A DNA stretch of 64,000 nt from an archaeon (GTDB taxonomy: Archaea; Iainarchaeota; Iainarchaeia; Iainarchaeales; JAAZKV01). Below the pieces are notes generated by a model. It did not search any database and was not told the origin of the DNA. It saw nothing but the letters and a program-made list of their open reading frames with translations. Within the stretch, counting starts at the first letter, position 1, and the number at the start of each line of letters is the position of its first letter. The position numbers and the translations under genes were made by a program. Location of the stretch: positions 178,153 through 242,152 of the forward strand of contig JBAZUY010000002.1 of NCBI GenBank assembly GCA_041661245.1, in the 5' to 3' direction. Positions 1 through 10,248 of this stretch are shown here, one piece after another.

Positions 1-33
1 GTCACTAAATACACTCTAATTCTTGCGGCAGGA

Positions 34-312
34 GTGATTGTGCCTGCAATACTAGGATTAATTATCGGATTAGTCTCGGGGATGAGTTTTGATGCAATGG
101 GAGAACTATCCCTGGGGCTAAGCACACAGGAAAGAAAAGAAATATTTAACTACGCAATAATTGGGACAACAATTTATGTTTTTGAATATGCATTATTAAG
201 TTCTTTTTTCTTATCTCTTCAAGAGGGCAATAAAAAGAACTTTTGGGTTTACTCTCTCGCGCTCGCGCCAATCGCAGGAGTGATTTTTTTTATTGCAAAA
301 ACGTTAAAGTAA
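34..312 (+). CDS. small integral membrane protein (hypothetical)
   Basis: 92-aa ORF with a GTG start and several hydrophobic helices. No family recognised. Confidence 0.4.
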   Translation: MIVPAILGLIIGLVSGMSFDAMGELSLGLSTQERKEIFNYAIIGTTIYVFEYALLSSFFLSLQEGNKKNFWVYSLALAPIAGVIFFIAKTLK

Positions 313-461
313 AGAGCCAAGGATATTTCACTTAGAAGTAAAGAAAAGCTTTATTAATAACAAAGGACTTTAGTCCTTTGCCAGATATCAAAAGACCAAT
401 CTTTTTGATTCGAGTACTTTTGAGTTTGTTAGTATGAGATAAATTATAGCGAGGGAACTTT

Positions 462-1193
462 ATGAGTGAAAAAGAAAAAATAATTAGTATTATTGAAACA
501 AAAAATACCCCTCTAAAAGGATTTACATTTATTGAAGGATTTCCTGACCTCGGACTCGCAGGAACTATTGGCGCAAGATATATTGTAGAAAAATTAAAAT
601 TTGAACAAATGGGGTACATTGATTCAAGTGCTTTCATGCCCATGATTAGAATCCAAAACGGAGTTCCAATACACCCCGTAAGGATTTATGTTAATAAAAA
701 GAACAAAGTTGTTGTTGTACTTTCTGAACAAATAATTGATAATAATCTTGCTTACCCAATGACTCAAGAGATTTTAGTATGGATAAAAAAGAAAGGCATT
801 ACAAGAGTAATATCTACTTCCGGAGTAAAAATCCCTGATGGAAAATCAATTTATGCTTTTGCAAGTAACGAAAAATCAAAGAAACTAATTAAAGAAAATA
901 AAATTGAAATAATTGAAAATGGAGTTACTTCTGGAGTAACTGCACTGTTAATGCTTGCACTAAAGGACAATAATATTGAAGCATTTTGTTTAATGGGTAA
1001 TGCAAAAAGTAATGCGGATTATGATGCTGCTGCGGAAGTAGTAAAAACAATTTGCTGTTTGACAAAAATGGAACTTGATGTTAAACCATTACTAAATGAA
1101 GCAAAGGTTCTTGAAAAAGCAATTGTGGAACACCTTAAATCAATTGAGGACACAAAAGACAATAAAACTGATTCAACTCCAATGTACACTTAA
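462..1193 (+). CDS. PAC2-family proteasome assembly chaperone-like protein
   Basis: 243 aa. The N-terminal FIEGFPDLGLAGTIGARYIVEKL motif is typical of archaeal PAC2/DUF75 proteins. Confidence 0.6.
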   Translation: MSEKEKIISIIETKNTPLKGFTFIEGFPDLGLAGTIGARYIVEKLKFEQMGYIDSSAFMPMIRIQNGVPIHPVRIYVNKKNKVVVVLSEQIIDNNLAYPMTQEILVWIKKKGITRVISTSGVKIPDGKSIYAFASNEKSKKLIKENKIEIIENGVTSGVTALLMLALKDNNIEAFCLMGNAKSNADYDAAAEVVKTICCLTKMELDVKPLLNEAKVLEKAIVEHLKSIEDTKDNKTDSTPMYT

Positions 1194-1239
1194 AAGTGAG
1201 CTGGAAACTAAAGTAGACAATTAGTCTGCATTAAACAAA

Positions 1240-1746
1240 TCAGTAACTTGTGTAAAAATAATTCCTGCACTTTTTTGATTTGCAATTACAAAACACCAAG
1301 GTGTTCTTTTCTTCAAGTGCACAATAATCAAGAGTTATTTCTTCCCCAACCTCAATATCTCTTTTTGCACGAAGAACTACTGATTGCTCTTGCATTAATA
1401 ATTCAGCATTTGCTTCACAGGAGTGATTAACAAAGTTAAGCACCATTGAATCTGAAATAAATTTTCCAAACGCAAGTTTTGAATAATTTAGCGCAGGAGA
1501 GGAGCGCACATCATTTACTGGAACTATGTAAAAGTTTTTTCCTTGACGAATCTTTGTTTTAGTAAAAACGCCGATTCCGTGAATTTCGCTTTTTTGTTTT
1601 ACAAGAACAATGGATTTTAGTCCGCTAATTTCGTCAATTACTGGAGAAGATTCTTTTTCGTCAATGCGCCAAGAGAACTTTTCTTCTTTCATAAGAATAA
1701 AATAACTACTAAAAAGATTATTTTTTTCAAAAGAACTATTTAACAA
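1240..1746 (-). CDS. SET-domain protein (putative lysine methyltransferase)
   Basis: Has the NHSCEANA and ITLDY core SET motifs plus a Cys-rich post-SET segment, CNCKSKKC. The more plausible start is the ATG at 1692 (MKEEKF...). Confidence 0.7.
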   Translation of the reverse strand: MLNSSFEKNNLFSSYFILMKEEKFSWRIDEKESSPVIDEISGLKSIVLVKQKSEIHGIGVFTKTKIRQGKNFYIVPVNDVRSSPALNYSKLAFGKFISDSMVLNFVNHSCEANAELLMQEQSVVLRAKRDIEVGEEITLDYCALEEKNTLVFCNCKSKKCRNYFYTSY

Positions 1747-1762
1747 TTACTTATTACTTTAT

Positions 1763-4700
1763 TCAAAGTTTCTTTTTTGTTCTTGAGGTTCTTTGAGTTA
1801 TCATGAATGCAACTATTAGGAAAGCACTTGCAAATAACACAATTCCTGCAGCAGTTTCTGGCATTGAAGGAATATTAAATCCGCTTCCTTCTTGTTGACC
1901 AATATTGAATGTCATTTTATTGTCCCCTGTTCCAGATACATTTCCGTTCTTGTCTGGAGCAAACCATGCACCATTATCTTTGAAGGATTGGTTTAGTGGA
2001 ATTCGTAATCCGTTTTCAGGATACCATAATCCTTTTTCTGGATCGTACCAAAATGAACCATTTGGACCTTGAGCTGAAAGTAGAGTTTCTGGAGTACCCC
2101 CATTGTAACTTACTTTTGGCACACCATTCTCTGCATCAAACTTTAAGTTTTGTTGCTTACCGTCAGCAGTAGTGAAACTAATTGAACCATCATCATTTAC
2201 TTTTATTCCGCCAACTATTTCTGAATCAGTTAATATTTTTCCAGTATCCTTATCTCTTACTCTGAAATAGTTCTTACAATCCCCGCTATTAGCATCTTTC
2301 TTTGAATAAAATTCATAAATCTTTTTGTCAGTAGTGAATTGAGTGAATGGACCTAAGTGATTCATGGAAGTATTAAAGTTTTCTACTTTCTTTGCACCAA
2401 GTTCATCATTTAATTGTGGAATTGCTTCAAGGTCTATTGCTGGCTGAGTACATCCAGTTTCAGGATCAACTATTGTTGTAGGAGTAGCACTTAGTCCTTT
2501 TACATCCGCACTATTTAGAACTGAATCTTTGTGTTGTCTTAAGTAAACAATTAGTTCGTTTGTTTCAGTGTTAAGAATAATTGAACCGTGTTCAAATGTC
2601 ATTCCTAAGAATTTTCCTGCTTCAACTGAGTTATTTCCATCAGCAACTAACTTTGATGCCCAATAACCGTTTACTATGAACTTACTACTTGATGCCCCTT
2701 CTGCTCTTGGACCGCTTCCTTCAAGTAAAATCTTTCCGTTTCTTGCAATAACCGCTCCGTAAACTTCGGTTTTAATTGAACTCAATTTTCCAAATACTTG
2801 AGTTAATTCATTTCCACTATAAGTAATTCCTGTTTGATCAAATACGGATTTTTGTATACAACTAATTACTGAACTATTTAGAACTCTTACTTCTCCGGAA
2901 GTATTAAGTTCAAACACTGTTGAATCATTCATTGGGGCAGCAACTTTATTTAGAGTCACTGGAACAAATTCAGCAGCTGCTCTTGTGTCAGTTGTCATCA
3001 TTCTTACATGGTCAGCTTTGTTTGAATCAAGAACTGTTTTTCCATTTATTGTTAAAGTTCCATTTTCTCTATCTGCTTTAACACTCATGTTTCCGTCAGT
3101 AATAACATCTGCACCAGTTGTTCTATAACTATTAGGCATTGCACTTCCTTTGAACCAAACATAAAATACATCTTTACCCATTAGTGTTCCTGTTGAGGGA
3201 GCCATTAGTTCAATTGCTGCTTGAAGAACTGCAGCTTTCTTTATGTTGCTTGTTAGTGTTTGGAATTGATCTTTTAATTTGTCCATTGAATTTTCAACTG
3301 GATTTCCTGGAGTTGCTTGTGGAACTGGAGTAGTTTTGTTTGTAACATCTTTTACAACTGTATTAGTTGCTTGTTCTTTTACAAATGAATCAAGTTTTCC
3401 ACTCATGTCTGATAATGCAGTGCTTACTGTTTCATTTGAAACTATTTCTTTTGATTTAGTTGCTGCAGCTTCTTTTTCAGGAGGAGCATAAAAGTGAACG
3501 TAATATCCTTCTTTGTCATCAACACAATCTTGTAATGCTCTTCCAACTGTCATTTGTTGAACGAATGTTGCAATTAAACCTGGTCCGAATCCAAAGAAGT
3601 ATGCTGCATTTTCAGTTAAACCTAATACTCCTCCAGTTGAGTTTCCAAAGAATCCTAAATGGTATTTTCTAAGAACGGCATCACAAGTTTCTTCATTGCT
3701 TGCTGCACTGGATAAATCAATTTTTCCGCCATCTATTTGAGTTGTTTTACCGCTTAAATCTGAGTGATGAGTGTATGAAATTAAAGTTGAACCGGATTTT
3801 TTCTTTGTTGCTTCGTCAGTTGCTTCAAGCAGGAATGCTTGCATGTTTACTCCTGAACTAAATCCATTAACTTTGAAATAATTATCTTCATAAGCAATTG
3901 GAACTGTACAACCTGAACAATTTTCATTGTGGGAATAAAATGCAACATCTCCAACAGTATCTCTCATTCCCCCACTCCCAAGGAATCCGCCAGTTACTTT
4001 TGTTAACATCTCACTTGTGAATTGGTTTGTTGCTGCTGCTTGTTCTATAATTTTATTCCAAATGAATGGAGCAGAGTTGAATACTCTCTTGAACATGTCT
4101 CCTTGATCGCTTCCTTCATTTGCGTAAAAGTCAGTGAATGAGTCTTTATACAATTTATCTGAGCCTTGACTAATAGTTGTTGTTGTCCATGTGTCTGGAA
4201 GCATGAACATTGAATAATCTTCATTTCCAAATCCTCTTTTTCCTTCCCAGTAAACGATTGGAAGAACAGATCCTTTCCACAAAGCTGTTTGAGGATTCTT
4301 AAAATAAGCTTTAACCATATCTCCTTCTTGAGCAAATTGTTGGTCTAATAAACTGTAATATTTTCTTCCAGCAAAATCATTTTGCACTAAAGCGTTACGT
4401 AAATCTTCCATGTTTCTTAGTGCTGTTGCTGGTCTTCCTACAATACGTTGGTGAGTAATTCTTGTAGCAAAGTCTTCAGGAGTCATTACTCCGGAAGGAA
4501 CGTATGCTGATTCGTAAATGTTTACTGCTCCGCCAAGTTGTGGTTGTCCTGAAATATATTCAACTGTGTTTGTATTAAGTGGCAAGTATCTTCCATCAGG
4601 GAGTCTTACTGAGTAAGTGCTTCCGCCCATTTTTGCCACGTGAAGCTTTAAGTCAGCTAATCCAACATTTTCTTGGTATAATTTTTCTGGTTTAATTCTA

Positions 4701-6475
4701 AACAATTCTAAACTTACTCCGTCTTCAGCAACTTTGTATTCTCCTGCCGCAGTACTATTTGCCCATCCAGACCAACTTCCTTCAGTACCAAACTTTTGAG
4801 TAATTTTTTTCAAGTTGAACGGAGGAGCTGTTGCAATATCAACGTAACCTTCCATGTCCCTTGTTACTCCGCTTTGTCTTACTGCAAGTCCGCCAAGAGA
4901 AGCAATTTCTTCTTTATCCTTCAACCAATCTTCAAAATCCATTGCAAGTATTTCATCCCAATCATCCATGTGAACCGCAACTTTTTGACCATAATCAATC
5001 TTTGCTGCTTTTAATGTAGCGGCTTTTACTACAGGATCAGTAATTGCATTTGCTGCAGCTATTGCAGCTTTATTTTCTTCCATTGCAGCTTCAATCATTG
5101 TTCTGTTTTCTCTTGTGTATGCGGTTAAGTGTTCAATTGCTTCAAAGAATTTTGCTCTCTTTTCAGGAGTGTATTTCCAAATTGGGGATTCAGGTTTAGT
5201 AATAGCATTTATTTCTCCACCTGCACCAGTACTAAATAATTTCTTCTTCAAATAAAGTGGACCAAGCACATCTTCAAATCCTTCTTCAAGAACCAAAGTT
5301 TTGAATCTTGCAATTCTTGCTTGACCAATTGTTTTACTTGCAGGCATTGTTAAAGTTTTAAGTACTGCTTGAGGAGTACCAACAAATTTTTCTCTTATTC
5401 TTGCAACACCAGCCATCCAAGAATTTGTTCCGGATTGCCCACTTGTTTTGAATGCCTTCATGAAAAATTTATTTGCTTTACCAAGCAAAGTTGGCCCAAC
5501 ATTTGTTACAACCATGTCAGTTGTTAGCCATGCGTTAAAGTATTTATCAAAAGCAGAATAAGTACTAATTGTACAAGCACTATTATTACAAGTAGTTGCA
5601 TTCTTTGCCGTGTATTGGTTTGTTTTAATTGAGTTCTTTAAATATTCTCCTTGAGCAAAAGAACCTGTTTGGAAGTCATTTGAATTAATATCCAAGTAAT
5701 TTGCTTTCAGTTTATTTGCATCCTCACTAGAAAGATTCAATTGAGCAATACTCTTTCCTGTACTTGCAAGGGATTGGAAAGCATTAACCATATCTGCTTT
5801 GAATCCAACTCCGCTAGTTCTAGTAGCTAAACCTTCTTGCATTATTTTACATTCTTTTTGCTGAGCAGTTGGCAAATCACATCTACCAACACGCAAAGTG
5901 TCGTCAAGAATTAATCCTACTCCAAAAGGACCATTAAACTCAATTCCTGCAAGGAAAGAAAATCTATCAGCACCTACAGCAACAGAGGGCGCATCTACTT
6001 TTACTGCTTGTTTGCCATCATTATCTTTTCCAACTAAACTTTGAGGACCAAGATCTTTTACGTTATTATCTTTTGCATTACCGTCTTGTCCGCTTCCAAT
6101 ATTTTTTCCATCAAATCCTTCATGAGTAAGATTCATTATATCCTTTGCTTCTGTTGGAGAAAGTTTTGAAACTGCACAATTATTAGAAGCAGAAGTCATT
6201 GGCTTTGAAACAGTAATAATCGGAGTTGTTATTGAAGATGAGGAAGTAGCTGGAGGAGTAGTTAATGGATTAGAAGCAGGAGTAGCTGCACTAGTTGTAC
6301 TGTCAGCAAAATACAAAACCCCTGTTGTTGAGGTTGGCAAAGCTGTAGGATACGCTTCTTGAGTAATGTGTGCAAAAGAGGGGTTTGCCATGAAAACGAT
6401 TAAGAACAGGAACCCAGCAACAAAAGTACTAAAGAATTCTTTTGCCAAAGTATCCATCAAAAAACACCCATTCAC
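1763..6475 (-). CDS. giant secreted / cell-surface protein (S-layer-like candidate), C-terminally membrane anchored
   Basis: 1570 aa. N-terminal hydrophobic signal, then a Thr/Ser/Pro-rich linker. The C-terminus is PETAAGIVLFASAFLIVAFMITQRTSRTKKKL, i.e. a TM helix plus a basic tail. No catalytic motif recognised. Confidence 0.7.
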   Translation of the reverse strand: MNGCFLMDTLAKEFFSTFVAGFLFLIVFMANPSFAHITQEAYPTALPTSTTGVLYFADSTTSAATPASNPLTTPPATSSSSITTPIITVSKPMTSASNNCAVSKLSPTEAKDIMNLTHEGFDGKNIGSGQDGNAKDNNVKDLGPQSLVGKDNDGKQAVKVDAPSVAVGADRFSFLAGIEFNGPFGVGLILDDTLRVGRCDLPTAQQKECKIMQEGLATRTSGVGFKADMVNAFQSLASTGKSIAQLNLSSEDANKLKANYLDINSNDFQTGSFAQGEYLKNSIKTNQYTAKNATTCNNSACTISTYSAFDKYFNAWLTTDMVVTNVGPTLLGKANKFFMKAFKTSGQSGTNSWMAGVARIREKFVGTPQAVLKTLTMPASKTIGQARIARFKTLVLEEGFEDVLGPLYLKKKLFSTGAGGEINAITKPESPIWKYTPEKRAKFFEAIEHLTAYTRENRTMIEAAMEENKAAIAAANAITDPVVKAATLKAAKIDYGQKVAVHMDDWDEILAMDFEDWLKDKEEIASLGGLAVRQSGVTRDMEGYVDIATAPPFNLKKITQKFGTEGSWSGWANSTAAGEYKVAEDGVSLELFRIKPEKLYQENVGLADLKLHVAKMGGSTYSVRLPDGRYLPLNTNTVEYISGQPQLGGAVNIYESAYVPSGVMTPEDFATRITHQRIVGRPATALRNMEDLRNALVQNDFAGRKYYSLLDQQFAQEGDMVKAYFKNPQTALWKGSVLPIVYWEGKRGFGNEDYSMFMLPDTWTTTTISQGSDKLYKDSFTDFYANEGSDQGDMFKRVFNSAPFIWNKIIEQAAATNQFTSEMLTKVTGGFLGSGGMRDTVGDVAFYSHNENCSGCTVPIAYEDNYFKVNGFSSGVNMQAFLLEATDEATKKKSGSTLISYTHHSDLSGKTTQIDGGKIDLSSAASNEETCDAVLRKYHLGFFGNSTGGVLGLTENAAYFFGFGPGLIATFVQQMTVGRALQDCVDDKEGYYVHFYAPPEKEAAATKSKEIVSNETVSTALSDMSGKLDSFVKEQATNTVVKDVTNKTTPVPQATPGNPVENSMDKLKDQFQTLTSNIKKAAVLQAAIELMAPSTGTLMGKDVFYVWFKGSAMPNSYRTTGADVITDGNMSVKADRENGTLTINGKTVLDSNKADHVRMMTTDTRAAAEFVPVTLNKVAAPMNDSTVFELNTSGEVRVLNSSVISCIQKSVFDQTGITYSGNELTQVFGKLSSIKTEVYGAVIARNGKILLEGSGPRAEGASSSKFIVNGYWASKLVADGNNSVEAGKFLGMTFEHGSIILNTETNELIVYLRQHKDSVLNSADVKGLSATPTTIVDPETGCTQPAIDLEAIPQLNDELGAKKVENFNTSMNHLGPFTQFTTDKKIYEFYSKKDANSGDCKNYFRVRDKDTGKILTDSEIVGGIKVNDDGSISFTTADGKQQNLKFDAENGVPKVSYNGGTPETLLSAQGPNGSFWYDPEKGLWYPENGLRIPLNQSFKDNGAWFAPDKNGNVSGTGDNKMTFNIGQQEGSGFNIPSMPETAAGIVLFASAFLIVAFMITQRTSRTKKKL

Positions 6476-6548
6476 TATAAGTAATTGTTTTCAACTTATT
6501 ATAAACCCTTTCCTTACTAAAAATTCACTAAAAAAACTCAAAAATTCA

Positions 6549-7196
6549 TTAAAAAAACATCACTAATGGAAGAGGATTTACTCCACCATAAAATACAAAA
6601 ATAAACAAACCATATATTGCCCAATCAAACACAAAGAGAATTAAAACTAAGAATATTGCACTTGCAACAAGCACTCCAATAAACTGAGAAACCCAATTAT
6701 TTGAAGAAGACTTTGATTTCTTTGAAGACTTTACTTCCTTTGATTTCATTAGCATACTTGCAACTAACTCAAAGAAAAGAAGGAAAATGGACAGGATTAC
6801 TGAAGCTATTAAAATTCGCCCTAAAGAAACAGCAATTCTGAAAATATTTTCAAACAAATCCATTTCCATGCTTGGGTCCCTAACTGGCGCTGAGGAAAAA
6901 CCCACAAAAACAAAATAAAAATAAAACAAAGCCAATGCCAAAAAGATAAAAACCAAATTAAAAACTAATACGGATTGAATCCATGAAAGAAAGTATTTTT
7001 TTTCAATCCATGTTCTTACCGGAGAGAATATTTTGTACAGTCCAAAAGAAACTATGGACAATAAAAGTAAGAGTTTTACAAAATCCACAATAGTGGGAAT
7101 AATCATTGAGAAATCCATTCGATAAGAATAAGACATTATTAGTATAAAAGAATTGCTCTTGAACAAAAAAATACCTTTCCAACTGATTAAACTCAA
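6549..7196 (-). CDS. polytopic membrane protein (hypothetical)
   Basis: 215 aa with about 6 hydrophobic helices and a KSSKKSKSS loop. No family recognised. Confidence 0.5.
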   Translation of the reverse strand: MSLISWKGIFLFKSNSFILIMSYSYRMDFSMIIPTIVDFVKLLLLLSIVSFGLYKIFSPVRTWIEKKYFLSWIQSVLVFNLVFIFLALALFYFYFVFVGFSSAPVRDPSMEMDLFENIFRIAVSLGRILIASVILSIFLLFFELVASMLMKSKEVKSSKKSKSSSNNWVSQFIGVLVASAIFLVLILFVFDWAIYGLFIFVFYGGVNPLPLVMFF

Positions 7197-7300
7197 AAAA
7201 ATAGCCCTAATAAAAAAACAGCACTAATAAATACTTCTAAAAACTTAATTTATTGCAATGACTACACAAAAGTGTTGGATTAAAAAATAAAATACAAAAA

Positions 7301-7966
7301 GTGAATTTGATAATGACTCCCTTAGTTTATGGATTTTTTTTACTTGGAAGCTTTCCACTAGGTTATGCTTTACTCAGGGCGGGTTTTCCATCCTCTCAAA
7401 AAAAAGGAGTTTTTACAAAACTTGCAATAGGGTACTTCTTGGGCTCCATAGTATTTGCAATTCCCCTTGCACTCATTTACGTATTCACTTTAGGCGCAGA
7501 GTATTTTGCACTCGCAAGTCTTGTAACTTTTGCTTTATTTTTCATTGTAATGTACACAAAAAGGATTTCATTTAAAGAAACTGATCCAATTATTCCAAAA
7601 ATCGTAAAACCAAAAAATGTTCCTGCTCCTCAAACAATAGACCGAGAAACACCTCCAAAAAAAATTGTTTTTGAAACTGGACTAATGGTTAAGACAAAAG
7701 AGGAGCCACAAGGGAAAAAGCAGGTTTTTAAAGAAAAAGAGGATACTATTCTAAGTGCATTAGCAAAAAAGACTAATGAAATAGAGTCAAAAAATCAACA
7801 ACAAGAAAAGAACGCTGCACTTGAAAAATTAAGGCAATCCGCTCAACAAATAAAAGAGAAAGCACAAATAAAAAAGAAAAGCGAACTAGCTGAAGCAGAG
7901 GATATGGATGAGATTGAAGAAGGATTATTGAATGAAATAACTAAAGATGAAGAAGAGGAATATTAA
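7301..7966 (+). CDS. membrane protein with a charged coiled-coil tail (hypothetical)
   Basis: N-terminal half has 3-4 TM helices. C-terminal half is Lys/Glu-rich and ends in an acidic DEEEEY tail. Confidence 0.5.
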   Translation: MNLIMTPLVYGFFLLGSFPLGYALLRAGFPSSQKKGVFTKLAIGYFLGSIVFAIPLALIYVFTLGAEYFALASLVTFALFFIVMYTKRISFKETDPIIPKIVKPKNVPAPQTIDRETPPKKIVFETGLMVKTKEEPQGKKQVFKEKEDTILSALAKKTNEIESKNQQQEKNAALEKLRQSAQQIKEKAQIKKKSELAEAEDMDEIEEGLLNEITKDEEEEY

Positions 7967-7988
7967 AGTAAAAGCGTGAAGTGAAAAT

Positions 7989-8819
7989 ATGGCTAACGTT
8001 CCAAGAAGACTTGCAAGATTTTATAGAAATGGGGAAGCGCCTGAACAAACTGAGGGACAAAATTGGCAACCCCCCGCGCAAGGACAAAAAGAAATTCTAA
8101 AAGAAGATCCTTTTGCCCCAAATGGAAGACCCCTTCTACAGGAAATACCTTCAATGGGTTATGAAGATCTTACTAACAAAAATTATGAAGAAATAAGACA
8201 AGTTGAACAAACAAATATGGAACAAAAATTAGCTCTTCAAGAAATAGAAAAGTTTAAACGAGAAAATAATAGAATGCCTACCCAAAAAGAATCTGATTCA
8301 ATTGCTGAAAGTCTTTTTAGTCAATTAAAAAATTCAGATATGAACGCATTATACCCTGAAAGTGCAATACCTGGAGAAAATCAACAACAAACCCAGCGAG
8401 GAGGACACAGGGGAAGAAGAGGAGAGAGAATGGAACAAACTCCAGCTCAAAAAATGCCCAGTACACAAAAAGGAATTCCTACTGAAGAACCTATACAAAA
8501 CCAACCCCTTAATGAGGTTAAGGATTTGTTTGGAGAGGAAGAAAGTAAGAAAGGTAAGAAAAAAAGTGAGGATGATTTTGATTTAGGATTGGATGAGGAT
8601 TTAGGAAATAGCGGAAATGAAGATATTAGTTCTATTGAAGATACTGGCGACATTGAAGACATTTCATTAGATGACAAGTCCGAGTGTCCTAATTGCAAAA
8701 AGGATACTGAACATATAGTATATTGTCCAAAATGCGGAACTGCTTTTTGTGAAAAATGTGGAAAAAAACAGGGAAACGAATACACTTGTCCAAAATGCGG
8801 AACAAAAACAAAAGGATAA
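7989..8819 (+). CDS. low-complexity protein with a C-terminal double zinc ribbon
   Basis: C-terminus carries four CxxC pairs: CPNCKK...CPKCGTAFCEKCGKK...CPKCGTKT. The rest of the protein is Glu/Gln-rich and likely disordered. Confidence 0.55.
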   Translation: MANVPRRLARFYRNGEAPEQTEGQNWQPPAQGQKEILKEDPFAPNGRPLLQEIPSMGYEDLTNKNYEEIRQVEQTNMEQKLALQEIEKFKRENNRMPTQKESDSIAESLFSQLKNSDMNALYPESAIPGENQQQTQRGGHRGRRGERMEQTPAQKMPSTQKGIPTEEPIQNQPLNEVKDLFGEEESKKGKKKSEDDFDLGLDEDLGNSGNEDISSIEDTGDIEDISLDDKSECPNCKKDTEHIVYCPKCGTAFCEKCGKKQGNEYTCPKCGTKTKG

Positions 8820-8873
8820 GTTAATCTAACTTTTTTAAAATCAACTAAATTTTCTTGGAACACTCTAACTAAA

Positions 8874-9656
8874 TTAACCCACTTGGGGAGTTTTTGTTAG
8901 AATTTGTGAACAATTCAAATCAGGATCGCTTTTTCCTTCAACGGAAAGCTCAGTTAAAACTGCAATACGCTTTGAAACCCAAGTGTGAAGCCCCATAATG
9001 TATGGAGAATCGTTTAAGTTTACTTTACCATAGGAAGAATCAATCTTCCCAACATTTGGAAATATTTTGGATTCAAGGACTTTGTTTACTGTAGGTTGAC
9101 AAGAATAAAACACTCTACTAACTTCTCTTGCAGAGGAACCGCCCGGGTTCTCGGCAATATTTCCTGAACAATTTGCAGTACACTCGTGTGTTGCAATAAT
9201 TAACGCTAAATATTTTGCGGAAGATGCAACATTACTCTCTTTAGAAATATAAAAAATATAATCAATTGAATCATCAAATGGACGAAGAACTGAATACAGG
9301 GTATTAGAAATCGCTATTTGGGTATCTACCCCAATGGAATTGTTTTGAGCAAAATCTTCTTTCATTAATGCAAGCAAATAATCGTATTCTGCAAGAGGCC
9401 CGGCAGTACTTGCACTCTCAAGACTTACAGGAGTTCCATCACGCATCACATTAATGTAAGTAATAACTTTTAGGGAATCCATCGCAAAATCAGAAGAATA
9501 AAACGAATTAAGTAATGCCTCAGGACCCAAACCATAATTAATCGCAAAGTAGAATAAACCTGTGCAAATTGTTGAAACTATTGCAATAAAGAAAAGCGAA
9601 TCAACTAGTGCGGCTTGTCCTTTTTGTTCGGTTAAGAAATCAAAAATCATTCCCAC
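8874..9656 (-). CDS. prepilin-like protein (class III signal-like N-terminus)
   Basis: N-terminus EQKGQAALVDSLFFIAIVSTICTGLFYF. It overlaps the upstream pilin-like gene by 10 nt, consistent with the same operon. Confidence 0.5.
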   Translation of the reverse strand: MGMIFDFLTEQKGQAALVDSLFFIAIVSTICTGLFYFAINYGLGPEALLNSFYSSDFAMDSLKVITYINVMRDGTPVSLESASTAGPLAEYDYLLALMKEDFAQNNSIGVDTQIAISNTLYSVLRPFDDSIDYIFYISKESNVASSAKYLALIIATHECTANCSGNIAENPGGSSAREVSRVFYSCQPTVNKVLESKIFPNVGKIDSSYGKVNLNDSPYIMGLHTWVSKRIAVLTELSVEGKSDPDLNCSQILTKTPQVG

Positions 9657-10213
9657 ACCACCATTGCAAGAATTGAAGGAATAATAATATATTGAGGAAA
9701 TTTAGAATCCCCGCTTCTAACCGCCACCGCTACAGGGTAATATCTCACCAAATAAGATTTTTCTTTCCCAGTAAAAGCCTTTGATCCAATCTTACCATAA
9801 GAACAAAAATAATATTCATCCGTTCCAAGTAAACTATCTTTTAGTATATTCTCCCCAAAATCTGCAGAACTAGCAATGTTCGCAAAATCGACTACGGCTT
9901 TTGAAATATCCTTTTCCGAAGGATATATTGCGGTCATAAAATTGTAAGGATATTTCTTTAGTTTAGTTGAACGACACTTTGTATCAAACTGGTTAACATC
10001 CAAAATTAGTGAATCTCCTTTGAGTTCTCTTGCAACAGAAGTCATTTCTACTTGCTTTGTTATCTCAAGGTTCTTTGTGTTATATGTATTGAGAGTAATT
10101 GTAAAAATAGTGAAAAACAAAAGTAGCGCGGTTACAATCGGAACTAATGAAGGCAAATCATCCCCAATTGGACCAATAAAACCTTTTTGAGTAAAACTCT
10201 TTTTAAATTTCAA
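9647..10213 (-). CDS. prepilin-like / pilus-associated membrane-anchored protein
   Basis: N-terminus TQKGFIGPIGDDLPSLVPIVTALLLFFTIF. Lies within the pilin operon. Confidence 0.45.
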   Translation of the reverse strand: MKFKKSFTQKGFIGPIGDDLPSLVPIVTALLLFFTIFTITLNTYNTKNLEITKQVEMTSVARELKGDSLILDVNQFDTKCRSTKLKKYPYNFMTAIYPSEKDISKAVVDFANIASSADFGENILKDSLLGTDEYYFCSYGKIGSKAFTGKEKSYLVRYYPVAVAVRSGDSKFPQYIIIPSILAMVVWE

Positions 10214-10248
10214 TTGAACACCAAAAGTAAAACGATTTCTTAATTAAT

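Noticed and set aside
332-643. The 103-aa minus-strand ORF overlapping the PAC2-like gene start.
   Set aside because: It overlaps the recognisable PAC2 gene and an intergenic promoter region. Its translation is low-complexity.
3279-5019. Short ORFs (60-96 aa) on either strand inside the 1570-aa gene: 3279-3491, 3460-3672, 4045-4335, 4796-5014, 4831-5019.
   Set aside because: They are fully embedded in a long, well-supported ORF, have low-complexity or Leu/Phe-rich translations, and have no independent signals.
8362-8863. The ORFs at 8362-8586 (+) and 8447-8863 (-) overlapping the zinc-ribbon gene.
   Set aside because: They are embedded in, or antisense to, the longer ORF, whose C-terminal CxxC zinc ribbon supports its frame.
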